In this document: positions 12,991 through 27,026 of the stretch, in pieces | Layout: every line of letters starts with the position of its first letter | How positions within the stretch are numbered: the first letter of the stretch is position 1 | Assembly: GCA_951406725.2 (NCBI GenBank) | Contig: OX597834.1 | Location: 42,532,001 to 42,596,000 of the forward strand | Direction: 5' to 3' | Length of the DNA: 64,000 nucleotides | From: Octopus vulgaris | Lineage: Eukaryota | Translations under genes and position numbers: made by a program | The notes under the pieces: generated by a model | The model's database searches: none | The model's input: only the letters and a program-made list of their open reading frames with translations | Told to the model about the DNA's origin: nothing

Positions 12991-13774
12991 CATAATTTTT
13001 TTGCAAAGGCTCTACCGAAATTTGGAATCCTCAAAGGAATTCACAACAGGATAACCAAATAGAATAAATAGAACCTACTCAGCATAAAACCACTACGCTA
13101 CTAGAAATCTGAAGATATTCTTAACAGAGAATCGGTTTGCCATTCTTGCGCTAACAATTGAAGAGCTTTTTAAAGTATTCACTGAAAATCAGTGGAATCT
13201 TTTTTACTATTTTTTGATATTAACACACACACACTCACACACACAAACACACTCACTCACACACATACACACAGAAACACGCGCGCGCATATACATATGC
13301 AAATATATATATATGTAGACATACATACATACATGCGTACGTACGTACATGCATACATTCACACATACATACATACATGCATTCATACACACAAACCTTA
13401 TATACACACATATACATACGTGCATACATAGATACATATATGCTTTCATATACACAAACATACATACACGCACATGCATACATACATAGATACATAGATA
13501 CATGCATTCATACACACACTCATACATACACACACATGCATACATACATACATTATACATCCATCCATACATACATACATACATACATACATACATGCAT
13601 ACTTACATACGTGCACGAATACATAAGTGAGTGTGTATGACTGTATGGATTTTAAAATAAAACGTCCTTATCTAGAGAATCTAAAATATATACCTACTTG
13701 TAATTGTAATTAGAACCCAAAGACAATTGGGGAGAATATGGACACACATACATACGCACGCACACATAAATCCC

Positions 13775-13807
<33 letters not shown>

Positions 13808-13903
13808 AACATGATATAAACAGCAACACAGTCACACATACATGGAGAATATATCTACATAATAAATACTGATACGTATATAATTCTTTGCACAAACACA
13901 TTG

Positions 13904-13974
<71 letters not shown>

Positions 13975-14420
13975 ATATGTCTGTCTGTCTGCCTGTTTGT
14001 CTGTCTGTCTGTCTCCCCCTCTCTCTATATATCCTCGGGAATAGCTTCTTTTTAAATTTCATCTTGTCCTTTACTGTCGTGAGCCAATACTGGCGATGAC
14101 GTCTGATGAGGGTTCTGTAATTCCTTACTGAACAAACTGTTCAGATGGTTCGTTTTTAATGATTAAATATTTGTGTTGTACATTTGCTCACCCTTCCCAG
14201 TATTTTGACATTGCTTGTACGGCTGCACAGTGTGCCACACATCAGATGTCGAAGTGATATCAGAACAACGTCAAACTAAACGTTTTGGTGAAGAAACACA
14301 ACGCAACATACGGTCCGCAAATCGAAACAGCGATCTCCTGTTCGTGTTAGCAACTCTCTAAACACAAATTCATACGCTCTTTATTGTTGACCATTTATTA
14401 ATATATTCATCCAGTCAGTC

Positions 14421-14905
14421 GTGGGGGCGCAATGGCCCAGTGGTTAGGGCAGCGGACTCGCGGTTTCGACTCCCAGATTGGGCATTGTGAGTTTTTATTG
14501 AGTGAAAACACATAAAGCTCCACGAATCTCCGGCAGACCCTGCTTTACCCTTTCACCACAACTTTCTCTCACTCTTTCTTCCTGTTTCTGTTGTACCTGT
14601 ATTTCAAAGGGCCAGCTTTGTCATACTCTGCGTCACGCTGAATCTCCCTGAGAACTGCGTTAAAGGTATACTTGTCTGTGGCGTGCTCAGCTACTTGCAC
14701 ATTAATAAAATGAACTGCGACGTCACTGTTGCCAAGCTGTATCGGCCCCTTTGCTTTTCCCTTGGATAACATCGGTGGAATGGAGAGGGGAGACTGGTAT
14801 GCATGAGCGACTGCTGGTCTTCCATAAACAACCTGGCCCAGACTTGTGCCTCAGAGGGTAACTTTCTAGGTGCAATCCCATGGTTATTCATGACCGAAGG
14901 GTGTC
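14421..14905 (+). mobile_element. Chimeric SINE: family C head/body joined to family E tail
   Basis: C-type sequence to about 14705, then aatgaactgcgacgtcactgttgccaagctgtatcggcccc, which matches the 46830 and 49170 copies. Confidence 0.8.
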
Positions 14906-15464
14906 ACAACATCCAGTCTGCCGTATTCATCAACGAGCTTTTGACAGTTTGAACTCGCAAAATCTGCAGCTTATAATCGTAATGTGCCGACTTGTATCGC
15001 ACGCAGCTGATTTTCCGCTGAGGAAACTCCAGCAACCAACAAAAAGCCTTTTTCAAGGACGCAAATTGCTTTCCGCTTTGCAAATCGAAACCACGATCTT
15101 ACGACCTTTAGTACAGCAGTCTAACCTACTCGGACAGGTGCCATCATTTATGCTTTTCCTTTTACTCCAAGAAATTTTGGAATTCCGAACAAAATGGTTT
15201 TACGATTACCAATTATTTTTTCCCTCCTTTTGATAGGGGTTTATCAAGATATTTCGAAAATCACTGTAGATGCTTGTAGTTTTTAGTTCCAAATCAATAT
15301 AAATAAACAAACCAGCTATTTCTCTCTCAACAGGTCTGTTTAAAATATAGAGTGCTCCAGCCCATTCTATGCATCTCTCTATGTCTCCTTAACTTCTTTG
15401 AGATTTTAGGTATAATTATACTAATGTGTCTATCTGTTCTTATTTAATTAAATTCTATGTCTTT

Positions 15465-15553
15465 GTGCAGCTGAAGATTGCTCTACATTTTAAATTGATG
15501 TAATGATTGCATTGTTCAATTAAATGGAGTTGCATGAAACGATCGTTCTGCAT
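15465..15553 (+). ncRNA. Minimal type I hammerhead ribozyme motif with long stem II
   Basis: gtgcag CTGAAGA t tgc...(long hairpin)...gca t GAA ACGATCGT T ctgcat; canonical core, palindromic stem III, GUU triplet, 5-6 bp stem I. Confidence 0.75.
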
Positions 15554-15703
15554 TACATCTGGATATTCTTGTTGCTCATTTTGATTCAAATTACCTTATT
15601 TTGAAATTGTATGGATCATACCGTACTAAATTCTGGTGCCTCAACTTAAGTACCATATTGATCTGAATCTAAATTTTTGGTGAACTCATCGACCATATCC
15701 AAA

Positions 15704-15783
<80 letters not shown>

Positions 15784-15890
15784 ATATGCAAATGAATCAT
15801 TTTTCGGTTTCAGCGAGGAGTATTCCTGAGAATTTTTATCGTTATATCATTGAATTTTAGTGCTGGCTACAGACTGAGTTTTACGCACGT

Positions 15891-15981
<91 letters not shown>

Positions 15982-16626
15982 TGCACGCACGCACGCACAC
16001 ACACACACACGTGCGCGTTATGTTGACTGTGAAGTAAATATAATGTTTATATAGACAGATCGTATTTGAACATGAAAACAGACGTATATCGAATATGAAC
16101 ACATCGCATATGAATGTTGAACGTGAACAAAGAGTTACGTATATTTATTTATATAGATAGCATGTGAACACGAAATAAACATATACAGAATGTGAACACA
16201 TTACGTATATGTGTCGGATATAAACAAAACGCTACATGTATGTTCAAAGATATATATAAACATGAGATGTATACAGAATGTAAACGCTAGCACATTTAAA
16301 TAATGTGATAAAAGAACGTTATTACAGAATGGGAGTTTAAAGCAGTATTTGGGTTGTGACAAGAATACTGCCTACTAAATATGTCAGATAGACAATAAAA
16401 CAAAAGCCAAGAGCTAGAAATAAATTCCCATAACTTGTATAAAAGGCAATAAAACTGGATATTATTTTTACAATAATTTTGTGAGAAAAGTTTCGAGGTT
16501 TTAAAGAGGCAAGTTTAATATATTCACTATTGCAACATTCAGCTTTGTTCAATCTGAGATGTGGAGCAGGATTTTTCTCTCGTTCGTTCTGCTTTCCATT
16601 TTTCTTTCTTTCATTCTTTAATATAT

Positions 16627-16976
16627 TACGAGGGGTTGCTCAAAAGTGTCTGGCTTGAAAGGGTGTCGCAAAAAGCCTGGTTGGAGGTCCTGCCTTCCGA
16701 GTTCTTTTACGGGGCTTAGAAAAACTGAAGGACCACTGCAAAAAAATGTGTGAATCTAATAGGGGAACATGTTGAATAAAATCATAATTAACGGTCCTCC
16801 TGTATAAAGTCACATGCGAAGGGGTGCTGAAAAGTTTCTGGCTTTAAGGGTGTCGCGAAAAGCCTGGTTGGAGGCCTTACCTTCTGAGTTCATTAACAAT
16901 GTTAAGAAAAACTGAAGGACCTGATCCTTCTGTATTTTCTTTTGCCCAAAGTGAAGTACTTTCCAGCACACCCTAG

Positions 16977-16977
<1 letters not shown>
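16627..16977 (+). mobile_element. Non-autonomous mariner derivative with internal partial duplication
   Basis: TIR-like ends tacgaggggttgctcaaaagt / actttccagcacaccctagt; remnant of the transposase C-terminus (KKCVNLIGEHVE*); first ~110 bp repeated at about 16815. Confidence 0.7.
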
Positions 16978-17041
<64 letters not shown>

Positions 17042-17083
17042 TTAAGGCGGCGAGCTAGCAGAAATGTTACATGCGCTCGTATA

Positions 17084-17154
<71 letters not shown>

Positions 17155-17488
17155 ATATATATATATATATATATATACATGCGTGTGTGTGTCACAGAAG
17201 CTACGCTATTCACTATATATAACAAAAAAAAAAAACCGAACAGCTAAATGTCATAAAAACTGAAACCAAGAAACAAAATGAATTATATTTCCTTTGTTTT
17301 ACATATTGTCTCAAATATTTATACAAATACATTTTAACTATGCAGCCTACACATACGAACGGATAGTCTTCTTCACACACAGACATATAAACACACACAC
17401 ACACACACATGGAAGAAAAGAATGACTTATGTATTCGCATGCGTATTAAGATTTTTTATTTTATGTACTTTTTATTTGCATCTCTCTA

Positions 17489-17527
17489 TTTCTTCTTCTT
17501 CTTCTTCTTCTTCTTCTTCTTCTTCTT

Positions 17528-17597
<70 letters not shown>
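17489..17597. repeat. (TTC)n(TTA)n microsatellite
   Basis: Direct tandem repeats. Confidence 0.95.
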
Positions 17598-17598
<1 letters not shown>

Positions 17599-17796
17599 GT
17601 TTTCTTTCTTGCTGTAATCGGATTTTCTTTCTATCGTCCAAAGTTAATCGAATCCTATTTACTTCCGGATTCCACTTCAACTTCCGTTTTCAGCATTTCA
17701 GCGAAAACCTCTCAAAATAATACGAATAATAAGAGCATAACTGTAGTGCTGTAAAACAGATAATACAAGAACAAGAAAAAAAAACACAATAACACA

Positions 17797-17846
<50 letters not shown>

Positions 17847-17924
17847 CGAACAAACACTCCTGCGCGTACACACACACATATCGAAAGAAAATACGATGAT
17901 AATATTATGAATAGAAATAAATTC

Positions 17925-17995
17925 AATAAGGATAATAATAATAATAATAATAATGATGAATAAATAATAATAATGAATAAATAATAATAATAATG

Positions 17996-18032
<37 letters not shown>

Positions 18033-18037
18033 TGATG

Positions 18038-18104
<67 letters not shown>

Positions 18105-18200
18105 TGATGATAATAATGAATAAATGATGATAATAATAATAATAATAATGATAATAATGAATAAATAATAATAATAATATAATAATAATAATAATAATAA
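17925..18200. repeat. (AAT)n microsatellite
   Basis: Direct tandem repeats. Confidence 0.95.
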
Positions 18201-18439
18201 TGAACATGATGATTATGATCATGATCAAGATTGTGGGGGTGTTAGTGGTGGTGATGGTGGCAGTAATGAGGTCTGTGTTTGAGTTGTTGTTGTTGTTGTT
18301 GTTGGTGTTGAAGATAGAAAAAGGAAAGGATGCGAGTTTATATGAAGAGACTAAAAACGCCATTTCCTCCTTCATTTCTGTTTATCCATATTTACTGTCG
18401 TTTTTCTGCCAGCCAGCGCGAATACTTTCTTTTGTTTTA

Positions 18440-18514
<75 letters not shown>

Positions 18515-18802
18515 GTACATACAAACACACATACTCACATACATAAGTACATATATACGCGTTTGCGTGTGTGTGTATATACTTATATATGTATGTATGT
18601 GCGTATGTTTGTATATGTATATATATATATTTATCTATAACTATCTATCTACCTATATAAATATATATATACATTCAGACTGCACAGATACACACACACA
18701 GGTATATATGTACATATGTGTGTGTGTGTGTGTGTGATTACAAATTATACAGATACACACACACAGGTATATATACGTACAGATATAGACATAGACGCAC
18801 GC

Positions 18803-18849
<47 letters not shown>

Positions 18850-19139
18850 CACACACACACACACACACTCACACATACAAATATATACTCAAACGCATAT
18901 CCATAAACTCACACACACACAAATCATCTTCCTCATCGTCATCATTCTTATCACATCACTACCACCGCCTCCTCCACCATCCTTGTTTGATGTTCATGTA
19001 TTCGACTTTAGAAATAAAAGCAAAACAAAAATCCAAACTTGTATATCGATCGATTATGCAATTTTTTTGTTCAAATCATTTGTATTTACGACGTGTATAA
19101 ATATATACATATATATATGTATATACATATATATATATG

Positions 19140-19183
<44 letters not shown>

Positions 19184-19754
19184 AATATGTATATCTGTTT
19201 ATTTATTGTTCGCCATATTCCAATCATTTCCTGTTTGCTATTTTTTTTCCACTTCCCAAGATAACAGGCAAGAATCCCTCCTATTCCCATTTATGTTTTA
19301 CACAGTTTTGTGTGACTTGCAGTGAAAAAAGAAAAAAAATCATAACAAAGAACAAAAAATAATTACAATAAAATGAAAGAAAAAAAACAACAACAAAAAC
19401 GGATAAGAAAAGACAAGAAAAGAAAAAGAGGAGGAGTTTTTCCAAAATCATAGATGCGATAGTACTTCCTTAGACATCTCCCCCCACCCCGCCGCCTCCA
19501 GTCCCTCCCCTCCGTCGCTCCTTCCTGCTCCGAATAACCAAGAAAGAAGAAGGGATAAAAAAAATGAAAGTAAACTAACACAAAAATTAATGAGGCAAAG
19601 AAATATAAAACAGCGTCGCACTTCCTCGTATGACTATGTAAGACATATTTAACTGTTAGCATCTCTTTCTGTTTACATATGTATATACATTCGTATCTGT
19701 GTGTGTGGGTATGTGTGTAACATAAGTGTTACAGTATCTGTGTATTTGTATGGG

Positions 19755-19849
19755 TACATATATATACATATATTTATATATTAAATATACATAGATGTGT
19801 GTATATGTACATATACATTTACACACACGCACAAGTATATATATATATG

Positions 19850-19894
<45 letters not shown>

Positions 19895-19943
19895 GCATGT
19901 ATGTATATATATATGTATATATGTATATATATATGCATGTATG

Positions 19944-19982
<39 letters not shown>

Positions 19983-20143
19983 GTATGTATATGTATATAT
20001 ATATATATGTATGTATATATATATGTGTGTATATATATATATACATATGTATACATATATATGTATGTGTATATATATATATATGTGTATATATGTGTGT
20101 GTGTGTGTATATATATGTGTATATATATGTATATATATATATG

Positions 20144-20186
<43 letters not shown>

Positions 20187-20265
20187 GTATGCATATATAT
20201 GTATATATATATGTATATGTGTGTATATATACACATACATATATTCACACTCATACATGTACATG
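19755..20265. repeat. (TA)n/(TATG)n compound microsatellite
   Basis: Direct tandem repeats. Confidence 0.95.
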
Positions 20266-21049
20266 TCTTACTTTATTATCTTATGTTTAGTGTGCTTGTA
20301 AAGCAGTTAACAGCAATTTTCTGCAAGAGAACTTTTACGTATATTTTTGTTTTATTATTTTTGTGTCATCTTGTGGTAGTTGTTACAGTGGTTGACGCTG
20401 ATGTCGTAGTAGCTATTTTCTTTTTAACTCTAGCTTCCGTTTATATTCTTCATATTGGACTCATCGTTGCTTATTTCTACTTCATCCAACATATTTAACC
20501 ACTTATTACGATTATTACTGTAATTTTTCTTCTACTTATTTGGCAACATCGCTCTAAGAACTAAATTTCTATTATTATACGACAAAAAATTATCATGGCT
20601 TTGAATTTCTTACCAAATTCTTAGTATTTTATTAAATATTTTACATTCTACTCTATTTTCTACACTGTTTCGCGATTTGCAAAATGTTTCAATAAGTTGG
20701 AAAAGTTAAATAACTACCTAAATACCGTGCTATGTTTAACCGCAGGTCTGCCTTATCCAAGTCGACTTGTGATCATAGCTATTCAAGACAATTCCACAGT
20801 TTGATTTGAGCCATGCGCCTTCACACATAAATATACATACATTCATATACATATATATATATATACATACATATACTATATATATATATATATACATACA
20901 TGTATATATATATATACATACATGTATATATACATATACATATGTGTGTGTTTGTGTCTGTATTTATATACTGCATATGTATGAATGTATGTATGCATGC
21001 ATTTATGTGTGTGTGTGGATACGGTCATACTTTATATATTCTATATCTA

Positions 21050-21144
<95 letters not shown>

Positions 21145-21956
21145 AAACTGACATTACTGACTACTGAGCACATTCTCAGAAAACAGGTAATTTACATAAA
21201 TTGTGGGTGTATACAGATAAATATCTACGCATAAATATGCCTATATATGCGTGAGTATATTTGCAGAAACACAGATGTGTGCCGACACATACGTATGTAA
21301 CTATGTATGTACGTACATACGCATGGTATTTTCCACATGAATTCACGCACTCTGTCATCCGCCCTTTGTATTCGTGAACAAACCGCAAAAGCACAGAGAA
21401 CGGGTGTGTTACAGTTTGTTTCCTCATTGTTCTCCAGATGCATTGTGACCAGCTGGTGACTATCAATTCGATTCAAGTTCACTGAATGCTTTGTTGCATG
21501 TCGATCTCATAAAATATTAATGGTCTCGCTGTTGATTCTTGTTGCCGATTTCTTATGGTTGTTGTTGTTCTCGCTGTCGTTTCTCTTCCTTTTGATGTTC
21601 TTCTTTAGCTGCAAGTCAGCCCTTATTCACGAAACCAGCGTCTAAAGGTGTCCGGAAACAAAGCCATCCGTGTTAATGTCATCCGTTATGATGTTCTAAT
21701 ATATTACGACAAAATGGTTTTCTTTGAGGTTTGAGTGCTGGGGTGTAATCTTATATTTATCCTCATCGAAAAAGAAAAGTTATCAAATGAAATCCAACGA
21801 TTCGTTCATTTCTTAGACGTCAAGTAACAAATACCAAACAGGTTCTCTTAGTTTTGAAAACAATAAGGAGAAATTTCAGAGGCATTCTTCCCAACCATTT
21901 TATGATGAAATCTCATAAAAACACGTACAATATATTGTAATTATTATTATTACTAT

Positions 21957-22537
21957 AAGACGGCGAACTGGCAGAAACGTTAGCACGCCGGGCGAAATGC
22001 TTAGCGGTATTTCGTCTGCCGCTATGTTCTGAGTTCAAATTCCGCCGAGGTCGACTTTGCCTTTCATCTTTTCGAGGTCGATTAAATAAGTACCAGTTAC
22101 GCACTGAGGTCGATATAATCGACTTAATCCGTGTGTCTGTCCTTGTTAGTCCTCTCTGTGTTTAGCCCCTTGTGGGTAGTAAAGAAATAGGTATTTCGTC
22201 TGCCGCTACGTTCTGAGTTGAAATTCCGCCGAGGTCGACTTTGCCTTTCATCCTTTCGAGGTCGATTAAATAAGTACCAGTTATGCACTGGAGTCGATGT
22301 AATCGACTTAATCCCTTCGTCTGCCCTTGTTTGTCCTCTCTGTGTTTAGCCCCTTGTGGGTAGTGAAGAAATAGGTATTTCGTCTGCCGCTACATTCTGA
22401 GTTCAAATTCCGCCGAGATCAACCTTGCCTTTTATCCTTTAGGGGTTGGTAAATTAAGTACCAGTTACATACTGCAGTCGATCTAATCGACTGCCCCCTC
22501 CCACCAAATTTCGGGCCTCTTGCCTAGAGTAGAAAAG
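21957..22537 (+). mobile_element. Meta-domain SINE (family A) trimeric array, ~184-bp period
   Basis: Body start ggtatttcgtctgccg at 22006, 22190 and 22374; two tail1 units then tail2. Confidence 0.9.
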
Positions 22538-22631
22538 CTACAGATTGATTCAATAATTTTGCTGCTATTTTTAGCTGATCGAGCAATCATATTAGTTGTC
22601 TTTCGTTGGACGGATACTTTGATTATTGTAA

Positions 22632-22935
22632 AGGCGCTTGACATGGTGATTAGGGAATTCGGCTGAGAATCATAAGGTTGTAAGTTCGATACCCGGTGAT
22701 GCGTTTTGTCCTTGGGCAAGACTCTCGATTTCATGTTGCGTCCGTACACTTAACTGCCAAATTGAATATCTGTATTTAAAAAAGGTCAGACTTCTCACAT
22801 TCTGCGTCACGCTGAATCGCCTCGAGATCTACGTTAAGGGTACGCGTGCTCAATTACATGCACATAAATTTCACGAGCACGCTGTTCGGTTGATCGGATC
22901 AACTAGAATTCTCACCGTCGTAACTGACGGATAAC
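22632..22935 (+). mobile_element. Chimeric SINE: D/E-type head with C1 tail (diverged)
   Basis: gtccttgggcaagactct...ttcatgttgc followed by tctgcgtcacgctgaatc...gtcgtaactgacgga. Confidence 0.65.
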
Positions 22936-23094
22936 CCACCCCCTGCTATTTTTTTCTCACTCCGATTTGTTTATTTACTTATGTTCTGAGTTCGATTCCC
23001 TTTGAAGTCAATTCTTTAAGAACTCTTTCAAGTTCAAGAAAACATAAGAAACCAATGTAAATCTCCCTATTCTCGAATTTCTAATGTACAAGAG

Positions 23095-23388
23095 TTTGTT
23101 CCTTCTCGTGCCACGGCTGGCTCATAAGGGCCGGTTTCCCGGTTTCCTTGGCGTATAGGTTCCCCACCTGGATGGGACGCCGGTCCGTCGCAGGTGAGCT
23201 GCAATAGGAAAGAGTGAGAGAAAGTTGTGGCGAAAGAGTCAGCAGAAGTTGGCTATCATCTTCTGGCGGAGCCGCGTGGAGCTTAAGTGTTTCACTCATA
23301 AACGCACACATCGCCCGGTCAGAGATTCGAACCCGCGATCCCTCGACCGCGAGTCCGCTGCTCTAACCACTAGGCCATATGCTTCCAC
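23095..23388 (-). mobile_element. SINE family C with V-domain-like tail (type 3)
   Basis: tRNA head on the minus strand; cctgcgacggaccggcgtcccatccagg...aaaccggg resembles the V-SINE domain; same type as 42130-42425. Confidence 0.8.
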
Positions 23389-23719
23389 AATGTACAATAG
23401 GAATATACATAAATATTTTGCCTTGTGATCTGACACGCAGATACGCATATATATATATATATATGTAGATATGTATTCAGCTGTTAGTCCTGTCAAAGTT
23501 GCGGTTTCTCGATTTACGAGCATACACTTATGTGCAATGAAAAAGCACAGAAATTCTTGGGTGTCTTCGTGACATTACCGTTTGAAAGCTTCAGCTGGGT
23601 CGCGTAAATTACTCGTAGACAGTACACCAAGTGATTATAATCAAGATTGTGATGGGAGACTTTAATGCTGCTAAAGTGGGCAAATATTCCATCAATCCTG
23701 ACTGCATTGGTTTAGGTGG

Positions 23720-24109
23720 GGAGGCGCAATGGCCCAGTGGTTAGGGCAGCGGACTCGCGGTCATAGAATGGCGGTTTCGATTCCCAGACCGGGCGTTGTG
23801 AGTGTTTATTGAGCGAAAGCACCTAAAAGCTCCACGAGGCTCCGGCAGGGGATGGTGGTGATCCCTGCTGTACTCTTTCACCACAACTTTCTCTCACTCT
23901 TACTTCCTATTTCTGTTGTACCTGTATTTCAAGGGGCTGGCCTTGTCACTCTCTGTGTCACGCTGAATATCCTCGAGAACTACGTTAAGGGTGCACGTGT
24001 CTGTGGAGTGCTCAGCCACTTACACGTTAATTTCACGAGCAGGCTGTTCCGTTAATTCGGATCAACCGGAACCCTCATCGTCGTAACCGACGGAGTGCTT
24101 CCTTTTTTA
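23720..24109 (+). mobile_element. SINE family C (tail type 1), full length with 11-bp TSD
   Basis: TSD ggtttaggtgg at 23709-23719 and 24110-24120; A box tggcccagtggt, B box ggtttcgattccc. Confidence 0.9.
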
Positions 24110-24378
24110 GGTTTAGGTGGACAGAATGAAAGAGGTTCGAATCTCACTGAATTCTGCAAGGCAAAGACTCTAACACTGCAAATACTTTATTCGAACTCAA
24201 GCCGAGGCACCTGTATTCTAGGACAACGATGGATAAAAAAAAATCCCCGCTATCAACTAGATTATATAATGATGAATCGAAAATGGAAGAACAACCTCAA
24301 AAACGCCAAGACAAGGCAAGGAGCTGACTGCAACTCAGGCCATCAACTTTTCATTGCTGATTTCCATATTAGATTAAT

Positions 24379-24621
24379 AAATGCTCTTTCTCAAGCCATG
24401 CCAGGCTCATAAGGGCCGGTTTCCCGGTTTCAGTGGCGTAGAAATTCCCCACCTGGATGGGACACCGGTCCGTCGCAGGATTACTCATTTTTGCCAGCTG
24501 AGTGGACTGGAGCAACGTGAAAATGAAGTGTTTTGCTCAAGAACACAATGCCTCGCCCGGTACAGGAATCGAAACCACGATCATGAGTTCAACAGCCTAA
24601 CCACTAAGCCACGCGCCTCCA
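24379..24621 (-). mobile_element. SINE family D (CORE/V-like) with degenerate TSD
   Basis: Head gtggaggcgcgtggcttagtgg on the minus strand; TSD catattagattaat (24365-24378) / catcttaggttaat (24622-24635). Confidence 0.85.
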
Positions 24622-25504
24622 CATCTTAGGTTAATGGAAATGTCAAACGATCAAACTCCACCTCAACTTGATCGTTCATCCATATCTGGTGAGTACAAGA
24701 TACATATTTCCAAGTATTTTGAGACATTTTATTGTATAGTGAAACTGTACACCCCTCCCGGTAAAAAGTGGTAGAGCCAGCCATTATAAATAGACCAGTA
24801 ACCGGTTAGAAGCTAAGGAAGTTCAAGGGTAAAAGCCAGCGGGTCGAACACAAACCTGGGAAAAATATATTATCATTGCAATTTTAAAATACATTTTTCG
24901 ATTTCATTATAATCTGTAGTTTCATTCGAATTCATGCTTCCGATATTTTATATGAATTAACCACTGTGTAACCCCGGTCCCTAAATGTTTTTTGTTTTGT
25001 CCTGTACTGTCCCCTCTATGTAAGCCATTTATTGGCATAAAGGAATAAAGGACGTTCGAGGGAAGGTGTAGACTGTGCTGATAGTTGTGGCTTTGTAGAT
25101 ATAGTAATATTGTGATATTTAGTGGAGGTTATAACGATCCAACCTTTTGGGGGTCGTACAGTGCCAGATAGAACCCTTTTATCGACGACTTCAGAAGATA
25201 AGAATATATGTCAGAGCGACAAGCGTTGTCAAAGAGGCAAAATGAAGGAGAACACACCATAATTAACACTACCAAGGAGAAATTTCCAAGAAAGAAACGA
25301 AAGAATATCTGTTGGATATCTAACAAGACCCTAAATAAAGTCGACAAAATAAGGATAGGGGAATCTAAATGATTACACAATGCAACAGACTAAGATATTA
25401 AATCCAAAATGCGACCATCTAACGGATAATGAGGAGAGATAAAGAAAGGCAAATAAACGAACAATACCTACTCGTAGAAGTCAAATCAAATAGCTCAATA
25501 TATA

Positions 25505-25979
25505 TATTTCTTTACTACCCACATAAGGTTAAACACAGAGAGGACAAACAAAGACAGACAAACGGATTAAGTCGATTATATCGAACCCAGTGCGTAATTG
25601 GTGCCTATTGAATCGACCCCGAAAGGATGAAAGGCAAAATCGACCTCGGCGGAATTTGAACCCAGAACGTAACGGCAGACGAAATACTTCTAAGCATTTC
25701 GTCCGGCGTGCTAACGTTTCTGCCAGCTCGCCGCCTTCGGCAGACGAAATGTCTATTTCTTTACTACCCACAAGGGGGTAAACACGGAGAGGACAAACAA
25801 GGACAGACAAACGGATTAAGTCGATTATATCAACCCCAGTGCGTAACTGGTACTTATTTAATCGACCCCGAGAGGATGAAAGGCGAAGTCGACCTCGGCA
25901 GAATTTGAACTCAGAACGTAGCGGCAGACAAAATACCGCAAAGCATTTCGCCCGGTGTGCTAACGATTCTGCCAGCTCA
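25505..25979 (-). mobile_element. Two tandem Meta-domain SINEs (family A)
   Basis: Two head-Meta-tail1 units on the minus strand. Confidence 0.9.
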
Positions 25980-26974
25980 TTGAACAAAGTATTCCTTTCC
26001 AGCACACAGCATTGAAGCTATCATAATCATGCCACCCAAATTTTTCGTACAATCGATCTAGAATTATCTAAAATATTAATCCAGGAGTACATGTTTTGAG
26101 ATGTTTGCAGTTATTTCCACAACATCGAAACACCAAGTAGATAAGATATCGTCCGATTGCTGAACAATTCATGCCTGTTTTAGGTTGAAGTCGGATTTCC
26201 CTAAAACCCTACATCTGGCACCAAATCACACAATATGTCGCTCGTTTTTGGATACGCAACATTGTCCTCAGCATGAATATATGAATATTGCATTTTTCTA
26301 ATGTTGTGTGGAAAGACAAAGGAAGGAAGGTTTTGTGGTTCAAAAATGAATTTCATTTCTGATGTGTTGTTATATATTCTGATATATTGTTGTACCAATT
26401 CTTTTGATCTCTCATCCAGGACAGTTTTGACTGACAACCGTTTTGCCTTTCATTCTTTAGGGATCGATAAACTAAGCACCAGTTGAGCACTGGGGGTCAA
26501 TGAAATCAATTTACCTCCCCCCACCAGAAATTGCTGGCTTTGTGCCAGAATTTTAAACCAAAAGAGGAAAATGAGTGATTCGAGTATTTATGAATGAAAT
26601 TTATCGTGCCATAAATTGTTGACCACCTAAAATAATGCAACTCAACAATAACCAAATTTTTAACTGCCTCACTTCACTCTGACATAGCGGCAACGTTAAC
26701 TTGGCAAATTCTAACCCTAATACAAGAAATGAAAATAGCCGTGAGGGTCACCCTGGCCACAAATTACAGCAATTCGTCATTTTCTTGAATGTGGCCGTGT
26801 CATTCGTGTTCAGAGACGCAAAACAACTGCGTTTTGGATTTGGTTTGCAAGATTCTTTACGAGTTCGTGTGTTCAAGCATATTCTGTTGTGTCTGGGGAG
26901 AGTCATTCTCTTTTGGTACCTTATAATTTAACGCATTGTCAACAGTTACTAAATATTTTCTCTCTCTCTCTCTC

Positions 26975-27026
<52 letters not shown>

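Larger units (their letters stand above)
23610..25485 (+). pseudogene. Fragmented RTE (BovB-like) LINE, endonuclease and linker region, interrupted by SINEs
   Basis: Translates to IVMGDFNA-KVG, GLGGQNERGSNLTEFC, QLDYIMMNRKW...GADCNSGHQLFIADFHIRL (APE endonuclease motifs), and at 25245-25485 FPRKKRKNICWISNKTL and RRDKERQINEQY (RTE linker). Confidence 0.75.

Noticed and set aside
13105-13140. CTGAAGA-t-attct/agaat hairpin
   Set aside because: Lacks GAAA and stem III.
14098-14150. CTGATGA followed by a gg/cc stem
   Set aside because: No GAAA box at the right position; at most a badly decayed HHR.
16075-16332. Loose repeats of gtgaaca/tacagaatg
   Set aside because: Periodicity is too irregular to define a unit by eye.
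21957-22537. CRISPR-like or tRNA-gene interpretation of regularly spaced repeats and A/B boxes
   Set aside because: Units are fully homologous SINE bodies without unique spacers; heads are tRNA-derived but lack complete cloverleaves; eukaryotic context.
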